DNA of 64,000 nucleotides from Podarcis erhardii. Taxonomy: Eukaryota. Each line of letters opens with the position of its first letter. The first letter of the stretch is position 1. Of the stretch, positions 1-11,100 are shown in pieces. The notes below the pieces were generated by a model, which saw only the letters and a program-made list of their open reading frames with translations, had not been told where the DNA came from and ran no database searches. Where the stretch lies: the NCBI GenBank assembly GCA_964252035.1, contig OZ176207.1; one strand, written 5' to 3'. Position numbers and translations under genes: made by a program.

Positions 1-1782
1 CATTGTTCCAGTGCTTGTTATGTCATGCATTGGGAACTCTTTTAAAAGTAGCAATATCCTACATTCCAACTATTTTGGATTGTGGATAGTTGTGGATAGT
101 CCCTATATTCTTGTGGTTCTTGTCCCTGGAAATCCCCCCCCCCAATCTAAAATGTCTCTCCTCTGATAATTGCATGAGTAACATCTTATCTAATTTGGCT
201 CTTTGTCTACAGCAGTCTGCACATAAATATACTAACCATACAAGAGTTTTACTGAGCCTATTTAATTCAATGGGACTCTTACTCTTTGAGTTGGCTACAA
301 TCCTAGGCCCAAGGGGGAAAAGTCCCATTGAATTCAGTGTAACTTACTTTTGAGCTTTGATTGATTGATTGATTGTGCTTTGGCTTGGCACACCAGTCAA
401 AACATTGTCAGTTGATTGTAGCTATTTGATCATGGTCAAATATTGTAGGGATGTCCTTGAGTCGACACTCTTGTATCCTTGTGTCTTCTAAATTTTGTTA
501 TAGTGTCATTTGTTGGCAAGGGCAGTGAGGTGGGAAGTTCATCCCCAACCCTGTAGGAGGCAGGAACAAACCTAGGAACACAGAAAAGCTTCTTGAACTG
601 ACTACCTGAATGCAGTTCTTGGTATCAAAGATCACTGCTTAGCAAGAGAGGTGGGGGGATGGAACTGCCTGGAGGGGGGTGCCTTGCTCTCCTGGCTTCT
701 GAACACCATTTATCACTGCCAGTTATTGACAGGAAGACGGGAAAGGCAGCCAGGAGCTCAGCACTGTGTGGCACAGGAGAAGAGTGAATCTAATATGTCC
801 GACACTGCTCCTATTTCACACCAACCTTCCCACTCCCTTGCCCCTTCCCATTTTAGTAAATGGCACTGGTGTGCACTGTTTTGAAACTGGGAGATCAAAC
901 AGCCTATTGTGTAGCAGAGTGATATACATTTGGGTTATCAACTGGAACATGCATGGACACTTGCTGAATAGGGCTGCATTCACACAACACATTATTTGAC
1001 TTTCCTAACATTTCCCTGTCAATTTCCACATTGTATTTGGGTTTTCACATGGCATAAACACCACTTCCAGAAAAATAGGGGAATACAGCACAAGTTTACC
1101 ATTGGTTTCCAAGTTCTTTGCAAACAGATTTTATTTCTGGAAGCAAATAACCTGGGAATGAGCACTCAACTTGTGCTACATCCTGCAAAAGTGGTGTTTA
1201 CATTGTGTGAAAGCTGAAATATAATATGGAAATTAACGGGGGGGGGGGAGAGAGAGAAAGAAAGAAAGAAAGAAAGTAAAATGAAATTAAATAAACTGCT
1301 CTGTAAATACAAAATTAATATGCCAGATTTGGTTTTTAATGTTGCTATGGTTTTGCTGTTTTATCTGTCCTGTGATTTGATGCCAATGGCATTGTTGTTA
1401 TGTTTTTATCTTGTTTTAATCTGCCCTTGATCTCTTGTTGATAAAGGGCAACTTAAATTTATTTATCTTAAATAAATAAATGCTGGAGTAGGAATAGGGC
1501 CAGAGAGACTCAGTTTCAAATGCTCACCCAGTCACGAAGCTCATTAGGTCACAAGCTCAGCTTGCCTGTCAGGATGAAATGGTGGGGTGAACTATGTACA
1601 TCACCCCAAGCTCCCTGGGGAAAAAAAGAAAAAGAAAAAGAACAATGTAACAAAACAGAGATCTCATTACAATTTTTAATACTAATGTCATTTCCCTCCA
1701 CAATTGCAAGTATTGTTTATGAAAAAGCATGAGTATCAGCACTATAAAACATAGTCTATTTTGAGATGTTCATAATGTTAGA

Positions 1783-2746
1783 ACCATAGGGACAGAGGGA
1801 ACTGTCACATTTGGGCCATCTAGCTCTCAGTATTTTGCGTGGTCAGACCCAGAGACCTTTCCCCTAAATAAAGACACATTTGACTCAAATTTTAGTTTTG
1901 GTTTTTGGCAGAAATTAGACCACAACTTTATTGATTACAGAAAGTGAGTGGTTGCATAGGCTCTGGTTCGACTAGCTCCCTGCACCCTTGCAGGTAGCGC
2001 TGATCCAGAGCTCTATCATAGGTCAGCCAAGGGTGAATACCTGAAGTAGGCGGAAAGCCCGGGAATGGACTATGTCCACTCCCTGGATGCTCCCCTGGAC
2101 TCAGGCATGGGCACCATCCCCTCTTGGGGGTTGGCCAAACCAAGTTGAATCCCTGGATTCCTTTAACGGAATACCCTTCACATAGGGATGGCGACACCAT
2201 TCCCCCATCCCTATCACCTGAACCAGTGCCTATCTGCAACCTTACAAGTTGTGATGATTTGCTACGCAGCAGGCAAAACCCAAATGGCAACTGCCAATCA
2301 GCCAAGTGGGGAAAATTCCTGCCGTGCCCCTGTCCCAATGACAAATGATACACGATGGCATAGCAAGGTCAATCGCAAAATACCCTAAATATAGGGAGAG
2401 GTGGGCATGAGCCAAAAGAGGAAGCTCTGGGTCACATGCATAGGCATATATAGATCCCTTGATCCGTTTAGACTGCACCCCATTGGCCAGATTAAATCCA
2501 GCAACAAGAGACCTACCAATCGGGTGTTGTGGCTTGTCCAATATTCCCACCCACAACACAGGAGGTCAGTCTCCAGGTCTCCCTCTTTGAGGGAGGACAC
2601 ACTTTCTACACTGTACGGCATCAGCTCCCAGAGTTGTAAAGAGGAAAGTTGCATTACCCAGTCCTACCTGATTACTTCAGATATAGAACCTGGGACCTTC
2701 CACATGTAAACATGTGCTCTGCTCCTGAGGTATGGCTGCTTCTCAT
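1783..2746 (-). mobile_element. Degenerate tRNA-derived SINE (Squam2-like), split by the insertion at 1835-2558
   Basis: Tail-like piece 1783-1834 (ccatctagctctcagtatt) and head-like piece ~2560-2746 (gaacctgggaccttccacatg...tgctctgctcctgaggtatggc) match the Squam2 layout as I recall it. The same family occurs at 4510-4572 and 39327-39635. Confidence 0.45.
1835..2558 (-). mobile_element. Terminal-repeat remnant of a Ngaro/DIRS-type element (promoter-like region plus 3' terminal region, no ORFs)
   Basis: Three motifs are colinear with the 3' end of the element at 44001: ttgcgtgg (1835 vs 44001), ccacaactttatt (1920 vs 44092) and cctttaacgg (2160 vs 44330). Offsets are 85/91 and 325/329. The minus strand has AATAAA near 1927-1932, CCAAT at 2482-2486 and TATATA at 2447-2452. 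Confidence 0.55.
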
Positions 2747-4159
2747 GACAGTTTGCTTTAATGATATTCAACAATTAATTCAGAGCATTTAATCATAATT
2801 CAACCAAATATTTTTGGCTGGGTAGAGGTCTAGGCCTAATTGCACCACGCAACCATCCTCAATAACCACACCTACAGTTCCTGGAATTCATTGCTCAAGT
2901 AATTGCAAAAAGGTGGGGAAGGGGCTTTAATAAGATTCACAAATTCTACCCTCGACTCCTCCAAGTCCAGTCACATATTCCTTTTAAAAATGATAGTTAA
3001 AGGGGGCTTCCTGTAAATTGAGCAGTATTTGGATTGCTGGATGCTTTGGTGGGGATGTTAATGTCAAAAGAATGTGTTAGTTGCGCCCCAGCAGATGATA
3101 CAACCTATGTCCCCACCCTCCTGCACCCCCACACCTTTTGTTGTTGTTGCTGTCGGCACGATTCTGCATGAAGGCCTTCTACAAGTGCACATCAATATGC
3201 GGGGGATGCCAGTCAAGAGAAAAGTGTTTCTGCTACATGTGACTGTGATGGGGCCATTGGGATCAGGATTAGTCCACTTGGTGCCATCAACAGTTGTGCA
3301 TTTTTTCAGTGTGGAGGCAGGGTGTTCATATGTTGAAATGCACCACATCCTTTTCCATCATGTCCTTTTCCATCACAGGATTTATGCAACTAAAGACAAT
3401 CTTGATAATATCAGGAAAAGGGAAACGGATTCTGCATTGCATTCTAGTGCAGCCTGACTGTACTGAAAGGGAATTGCATTAAGGTATCTTTATTTAATTC
3501 ATTTATTTATTCTCCACAGTGTCCTGGGTTATGATGAAATAATGATTGAATTATTTTGTATCCATTTAATGTGGATATAACACATTAAATTTAGAAAAGA
3601 TGCCCCCTGCAAGCTCCTGCCTTAATATGAGACCTCAGCTTAACCCATTTGGTAAATGTAACTGATGTTAAACCTATGAAAGATAGCAACAATGGAAAGT
3701 AAGACATTGTATATCAGTTTATTATATCACAGAATTCACTCTGTAACAAATTCTCTAAACCACACAATCTTTCAGCTTTGCAATCCTTCATATTCATCTC
3801 TGTTGCTATTTTATGACTTACTGAGCACTTCAAATTCCTCTATGTCCTGCAATACTTTTTTTATATAGAAGAAAAGATTACTGAAGGGCTTTATCACTAA
3901 CCAAATCAAATTCAAAAGCTGAGTTATCATTCCCATAAGTTAGCAAGTTGCTCTTCCGTAGTTTAGAGACATTTATTTCATTTTTTGAGGATTGCACTCT
4001 CCCCAGTCACTTTTCAATTATATCAAGTTCTGAAGGACTGAAAATGTCCACTTATGAATGAAATGGAAATTTTAATCAGACATCTTTTTCTTCCCTTAAA
4101 GAGCTTGAATTAAGTGGCACGTTGCTTTTGAAAATATTGATGGTGCTCTTATTTATTTT

Positions 4160-4171
4160 AATAATAATAAC

Positions 4172-4220
<49 letters not shown>
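4160..4220. repeat. (AAT)n microsatellite
   Basis: Direct reading. Confidence 0.95.
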
Positions 4221-4221
<1 letters not shown>

Positions 4222-4509
4222 ATGGTCATTTTGGCATAATGTCACTTTGACATGAAAAGATCATAGACGTTCTGAAATTTTAAAAGGATGATTTGAGCAG
4301 TTTCTTATACTTTTGACAACCAGTGATCTGATCTTACTCATTCTCATCATAATTTTCTTATGTCATGTTTACATATGTCATGTCTGATTCAGGAAGTTTG
4401 TTTGCTTCTGTTTTTTAAAAAAACAACAGTTGCCATCCAAGAAACTTACCAGGTGGGTCAGTAGTATTGCTTCCATTTTACAGATTAATGTTGAGGCTGA
4501 AAAGTAATG

Positions 4510-4572
4510 AACATAGGAAGCGCCTTATACTGTCTAATACCTTTGGTCCTTCTATCTGAGCACTGTCTGACA
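4510..4572 (-). mobile_element. Squam2-like SINE 3' tail fragment
   Basis: aacataggaagcgccttatactg...ttggtccttctatctgagcactgtct resembles the reverse complement of the Squam2 tail. Confidence 0.5.
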
Positions 4573-5059
4573 TTTGTCTGATGAAAATAGGAATGTCCTA
4601 TTCCATACCCTTCAACATTTCTCCCATGAAAATAGGGACGTCCTAAGGAAAAGTGGGACATTCCAGGATCAAATCAGAAACTGAGACTGCTTCTGTAAAT
4701 TCAGGACTGTCCCTGGAAAAAATAGGGGCACTTGGAGGGTCCTTGCCATGAGACTTCTTTTTGCTATGCATATTAAGTACCTTCACCCTGCTTGCATGAA
4801 CTTTGCTCTAAAATGAAGACTTTTCTTCTTTTCTTTTCTAGAAGCAGGTTGCAAAATAATTCTCATTAGGCTCATGTGGAAAATAAAGAAATAAAAAAGA
4901 TTGGCACCTTGCAGTTTGTGTGCAAAGGCAGTTATAATGAGAGGTAATTTTGTCTAGCTAACTGATGTCTGCATTCTAGCTGGAAATGAAGCCACTTAGT
5001 TCGGAAAAGTAGCAGCCATCAATTATTGATGTATAAATAGTCCAAAGACTTTAGGGGAT

Positions 5060-5061
<2 letters not shown>

Positions 5062-5097
<36 letters not shown>
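5062..5097. repeat. (AT)n microsatellite
   Basis: Direct reading. Confidence 0.95.
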
Positions 5098-5100
<3 letters not shown>

Positions 5101-5599
5101 TATTTCCCATTCATTAGCATTAGCCAGAAGTCATTAATTTTAATATGTATTTGGGTGATCATATTTAAATTGTAAATAATTCTACAGGCTCCCATTTTTT
5201 TCAGCTGTATTTTTAGCACATTTATGAGACTATTTCATAACAAGATGCAGCAGGAGACACATTGCTGAGGGTATCTTCACATTCTATAAACTTTGCTCTC
5301 ATATTGCTGAAGGCTTCTCTGGTTGCACTTTAGCACCAAGTAGCATGGCATGAGAAGAAGCCCCCGTGAAAAATTAAACAACTGCATATTGAAGCTGTTT
5401 TATCTCAATATGCTCTCCTGCAGATACTTTTAGGACAATTCATTTGCAGACCAACATGGACAAGTATTAAAGCAACAGTAGTAACATAAACAATAGCAGC
5501 CATAATTAATTTTCAGCAATATGCCATCATATTTCCTGTATAATATTTATGACCGCATGGTATGATTTCAGGACAGCTTGGTACAGGGTGGCCAGCTTC

Positions 5600-6064
5600 C
5601 CCTCCCTACCATCACTTAGCAGGAATTTGTGCCTTTAGCAGCTGTAAGAGATTCGGCAGGCAGCTGCTCTGGCACCCGGAGTGGCAGGGAGGGGGTGAGC
5701 CGCCCGGGGGGGCACCATGGCAATCTGTGCATGGGTGCTGCAGTGGCGATCCGTCCACAGGGGCGCCACAGCGATCCGCACATGGGGGCACCACATGGGG
5801 TGCCATGGCGATCCACCCAGGAGGGCGGTGTGGCGAGCTGCCCACAGAGTCCGCCTGGCAGACGCAAGCCACACGCTGTCGTGTCGGGCAGAGCGGGGCC
5901 CCGAGCCACCGTGTCACTCCCAGGAGAGATGTGAGGCTCTGGTGCACTGCAGGCCAGGCCCCACGGTAAGTGCTGACCCCTGCAGTGTGCCATTTTGTCA
6001 CCCCCCTCAAGGATGACACCTGGGGCGGACTGCACCCCCTGCACCCCCCCTTCCTACACCCCTG
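5600..6064. mobile_element. GC-rich non-autonomous DNA-transposon-like repeat (probably hAT-type)
   Basis: GC island in AT-rich DNA ending tgtcaccccc...ggggcggactgcaccccctgcacccccccttcctacacccctg. The related motif gggtgcggtcc...gtcatcccggggggg occurs at ~14533. No left TIR or TSD was found. Confidence 0.4.
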
Positions 6065-6164
6065 TTTGCAGGTCGGGACAATTCACACAGAGACAAACCT
6101 AATCAAGTATTAGAGTAACAGCAGTGACACATAAACACTATTTTTGTATAGTATCTGTGATCTG

Positions 6165-6520
6165 TGTAGGGTTGCCAGTTAGATGGCCATCCAACCTCTG
6201 TTTAAATACCTCCATTGAAGGAGAATTCACCACATCCCAAGGAAGTCCATTCCATTGTCGAACAGCTCTTACTGTCAGAAAGTTATTCCTGGTGTTTAGC
6301 TGGAATCTCCTTTCTTGTAACTTGAAGCCATTAGTTTGGGTCCTGCCCCCCAGAGAAGGAGAAAATAAGATTACTCTATCTTCAGTGTGAGAGCCCTTGA
6401 AATACCTGAAGATTACTATCATAGCTCTTCTCAGTCTCTTTTCCAGGCTAAACATACCCAGCTCCCTCAACTGTTCTTCATAGGACTTGGTTTCCAGACC
6501 TTTGATCATCTTTATCATCT
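6165..6520 (-). mobile_element. CR1 LINE, 5'-truncated (ORF2 C-terminus)
   Basis: ORF 6138-6518 reads IKGLETKSYEEQLRELGMFSLEKR...NFLTVRAVRQWNGLP...FKQRLDGHL, a typical CR1 ORF2 end. Confidence 0.9.
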
Positions 6521-7634
6521 AAAGAGATTTGTTTCATTTGAGTAGCTCACCTATACATTAGACCCCCACATACAATTTTGTGCCCCTGGGGAATCTTTCT
6601 TATGGCTTGATACTGAGCCAGTCTTCATTTCTGCATTCTCCTTTCCTATCTTCTGGTACAGGTGGACAAATAAAGGAAGTCAGGATGTAACAATCCTTGT
6701 CCTGTTTTTTTTGACATTTTCTTCACTGACATTTTCCCACCCATCTGCAAAGAGAATATTCTGACCCTCACAAGAAGTCTCTGAGGTAAGTTAGCACAAT
6801 CTAAGACTTGAACATGTCTTTTGGCAGAACATCTGTAATGGTGAGGAAATGTATGAACAGCTGCCAACAAAGGTGGGACCAGCAGTTGTCATGAACAGCA
6901 CCTCCATAGAACTCATCCCTACTTATGAGGCTAACTTCAAAACTTCAAAACCCTACAGTCTCTGACCTTTCATCCCAAATATCCCCTGATAACCTTGGCT
7001 TCTATTCATTCTAGTATGGCATGGATTTCTCTACACAGCTGAAAGAGGGGAAGAAATATTTATATATTAATTTGAGGATGCTTTGCTTTTATGTGCTGTT
7101 GAAGTTTCCATTCAAAATATTTACAGAGATACAGTAGCATAAACATAAATGCCCCCCCATACCTTGAGGCTTTATAGATAATCAAATGCTCCTTCAATAC
7201 AAAGTTCTGCTCCTAGGGAAAAAAAGCATTAATATTACATGTAGAGCTTACAGATACAATTTACATCAAAGTACCTCACATCCTGCAAGAAGTCTTAGAT
7301 GGCAGAAGGTCTGAAGTAAATATATGTTGGAAACTTATCTCCAATAATAATCATTTCAAAGAAATAACCTGCTTATGAATGCAGCTTTGTGTGGCAGTAT
7401 TTGGTATTCAGCAAGCAGGCTCACTGTCACCCTTGCCAATGCTGACTGATAAACATTCAAAGAAGCCTAGAAGAATATTGACAAACCCTCAACTTGTGTA
7501 TGTATTAAAGATAAGGATGCCAAAATTATATTTGCTTATACTCTTGCAGCTTGAGCTACGACACAGTTAAGTAGCGTAATGGCCAAGAGACAGGGGGTCA
7601 AAACTTGCCATGGCCATGGCCTACCATGGGTGGC

Positions 7635-8102
7635 TGTGGCGATCAAACAGGGTCCCCGGACGTTTAACGGTCTATTAATCCCTGTGCCACCACTGTGCTC
7701 GCTTCCCTGCTGCCACCAACCTGTTACTCTCAGGTACACACTGAGTCCAGACAGTTGTTAAAATTGAACCAAATAAACAAGTTTATTTTATAAGTATTAA
7801 CAAGTTCATGGTTTCTCAGATAATATTCTTGTCAGTTTTTTAACTTTAGTTTCTTTACCGGCCTATACCTTCCTAATACCTTCTGACTGATTATCTCAAC
7901 TGTTTGACTGACTCCTCTTAACAGATTCTCTCACTCTCTCACATCAGACTCGCCCAACCCACAGACTTATTCTGTCTGTCTCTTCTCTAACTCCAGACTG
8001 ACTTCTTAACAACTCTAACTCTAACTCCTCCCCTTGGGTCCCATTGGTTAGTCATTTTACAATTAGTTAACCCTTTCCTTATGAACCCAGTATGATGTCA
8101 CA
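7635..8102 (-). mobile_element. Possible solo LTR
   Basis: TGT...ACA ends with weak terminal complementarity (tgtggcgatc / gatgtcaca) and a minus-strand AATAAA near 7782-7787. No TSD was found. Confidence 0.35.
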
Positions 8103-11100
8103 CACCCAGGAGGGCAAACGTCACATTGGCCTTGGACAAACCAGCATCTTGTAGCCTCCTTACATTTGCAACAAGGGAATGTCAGGCGCCCCCCCCCCCA
8201 TGGTAGGCTGCCAGCGATAGATATCAAGGAGAGTTCTTGCCAAGTATTTTATTCAATATTCACAGAGAGAGGCTTAGAAAAGATGCCTCTTGTAGTAATA
8301 GCATTGCTCCGAGTGAAGCCCCACCCCTTCCATCTCTCCTATTATACGTCATCCCTATGTTGGCTGATCTGTGCTTTCTGCTCTCCTACTTTCAATGCCC
8401 GCTGGGTTCTGGGAGGGTGTGTGTGTCTGGAATGCTTTCCTAAGAGACTGAGTCTGTCAGCTGTCTCTCCCCTGGTGCTTCTTCTTGTTCCTGCTCCTCT
8501 TCCAATATTTCCCAGCTTCTCCCCTCTGCAGCTTCTGAGCTGTGACCTCCCACAAACCCCTGTTGTAAATCTATACTGTCTTCTCCTCCTCTAAAAGGTT
8601 CAGGCTAAGGAGGTGGTCTCCACCATTCCTCCTGCTCCTCTGCCCAGTCCCTGACAGGGAAGGATAATTCTGACCTAACTTACAGGCCTGTGGTAAGGAT
8701 GGCTGAGATCACTGATGTGAAGTGCTTTTGAGCTGAACACTTTGAAATATTTAATTAATATTGCTTTATGACTAGGCTGTTTTTCATTTTTCTAATCTTA
8801 TGTTCAGTTTGCCTGATTTTTCAGCAATATATGTATGTATTTTTGAACACATTTTTATGGTTGGAGAACTGCTTCACTAAATTAGTGTGAAGCAGTAAGA
8901 ATTTTGAAGCATATCATTTAGTTTGTGTATTGTTCCAGGACATGCAGATTAGGTAGCTTGTCAATAAAAGCAAACCAAACTGAATGTCTCCTCCATCCCT
9001 TGACTCAGTCAGTGTCAGATTTCTGTGTACGTATATCTAGCCTGAGGAGGATGCAAAGGTCTGTCTTTAATTTATATTTTTGTACAGTGCCTAGGCTCCA
9101 AGGTACTTCCTAAATCATCAGTTATAGTTGTTATTCTTCACTTCATTCTGCTGTGTGCATATGCTCTGTCAGATCATAATCAAATATAAAATATTTATCA
9201 ACTTAATCATAGGTCATAAAAAACCAAGAATACAAATCGACTGAACAGATATGAAAAGCACAAGTAATCACAGACCTGTGTACAGGGCAAATTATAGCAT
9301 AATTAAAACAGTCAGATCTCCATAAACCCAACAATGACACAAGGACTCATGTAGTGTTGTCTTATTCATGAAGCTAGCTTTTTTCCTGTAAGAAGTCTGC
9401 GACAGGAAACATTCAGGTTTTTTCCTGCTTGTCCAAGAGTCAAAACAAAGTTCAAGATGAATAAAGAACTTATTTCTGGTCTCATTAGAGACATATGGCC
9501 TCATTATGACAAACAAATGAAAGATCTTCTAACCTGGACAAGCTCCACAAACGGAACAAATGAGATCATATGAAATATTTTTGTATTTAAAGGACAATGA
9601 TGGCTGAGGACATTTGTTACTTGCTGGCCACATTTTCAGTTCTCTCACCAAATGAGACTTCTAGTCACATAATCCGTGATACCTATTCAGGAGGCAGTGG
9701 GGGAATCAGAACACTGAACTATTCCCTCTCACTGCCAGATGATTTGCACTAAATGGCCAGGGTCATGCAGTAGTAGCAGCCACCACATGCAGACACTTTG
9801 ATTTGGATCAATGGCTTCTTACAGAAACAAATAGGGTTGGCTTTAGTTAGCAAGCAGTAGCCTGTTTGCAGAGCCAGCCCAAGGTTTTATCCTGCCTGTG
9901 GTCCCTCCTGATGCCACCACCCCATGTTCAGAAGCCAGCCAAACTGACAGTTGGATTGTACTTCAGCTGGTGCTCTGCTAAAAATGTCTACTGCATTTTC
10001 TTCAACCGTTCTCTATCAATTGATGAGAAAGAAAATACATTCAAAAATTAACCAAAAGGAAGTGAAATTTTAATTAAATCCCCATAGGTTGTTATGGTTA
10101 CCTAATTTTCTAGGTGGTCAAGGGGTGTTTGTGAGTGTCCTTTCTTTCACTTCACTCTGCTTTGTGCCTGGCTGCTGTGTATCCCGAAAACCCCACAACA
10201 TCATCATCTAGGCTTTCCTGAAAATTCAGGAAAGTCGAGAGATTGTTGTCTTTTTTATTTTTTGGAAAAACCCCCAAAATATTCCATCTGCATATAATAA
10301 TTAATAATATCATGCATCCATATCCAAAAAGTCAATTAAAATTATATAACTTATGTGTCCTTGGTTATTATTTTCAGCAGAATGTCAAATTATATGAATG
10401 AAAATAATATATAAGGTTGAAGATCATTTGAACAGACAAGTTCATTTTTCAGCAAATAAATAAATAAATAAATAAATGAGATGCTTTTTTTTGTTACCTT
10501 TAAAGAGTGAAGTTTTTACTTTTAAAGAAATCAGTAGAGAAAGATTTCTTTTCGGGGAAAGATAAAAGGAATGACTGTAATTAACAACTGTACTGACCTC
10601 ACATGTTCAACAGTCATCCTCCTTGACTTCTTGCACATCAAGAAGTGTCCTTGGAGCTTTTGCAGATGAGGAAGCAGGGGCAGCCAGGGAGGCTGTAAAG
10701 CTCTGGAGAAACATTTGATGGAAAGAAGAAAAACGTGTGCAACCCCCTGTCATCTCACAATGATAAAGTAAGCTCAACCCCACACCCACAACAATTCTAG
10801 AGAAATTATAAGGAGCTCCATGAATGAGACAGAAAAATGGAACTTTTGAGAAAGTGAAGGACAACACTAGCTTCAACGCTGGTGATGGGACAGCATGCAC
10901 CATCATGCCTTAGGGTAGCAGACATGCCATGTGGTACACCCAACTATGTCCTCCAGTATCCCATCACTACTCCCCATCTCTCACTATCTGCTGCTTGATG
11001 CAGCAGCCTCCCTTTGCTGAATGATAGGGGCAGCTCCGCTTGTTTGCTAGGATCGCACTTACGCTGAGTTTCATTTCCTAGCAGTAGTCTGCACTTGCAA

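Noticed and set aside
3064-3457. Overlapping 94-127 aa ORFs on both strands
   Set aside because: No recognisable domain or convincing splice sites; contains small tandem duplications.
5562-6044. Six overlapping ORFs of 79-142 aa
   Set aside because: Expected from GC richness of a repeat; no protein motifs.
10600-10770. Exon-like segment with AG acceptor and GTAAGC donor
   Set aside because: All three plus-strand frames contain stops; the minus-strand frames match nothing I recognise. A non-coding exon cannot be excluded.
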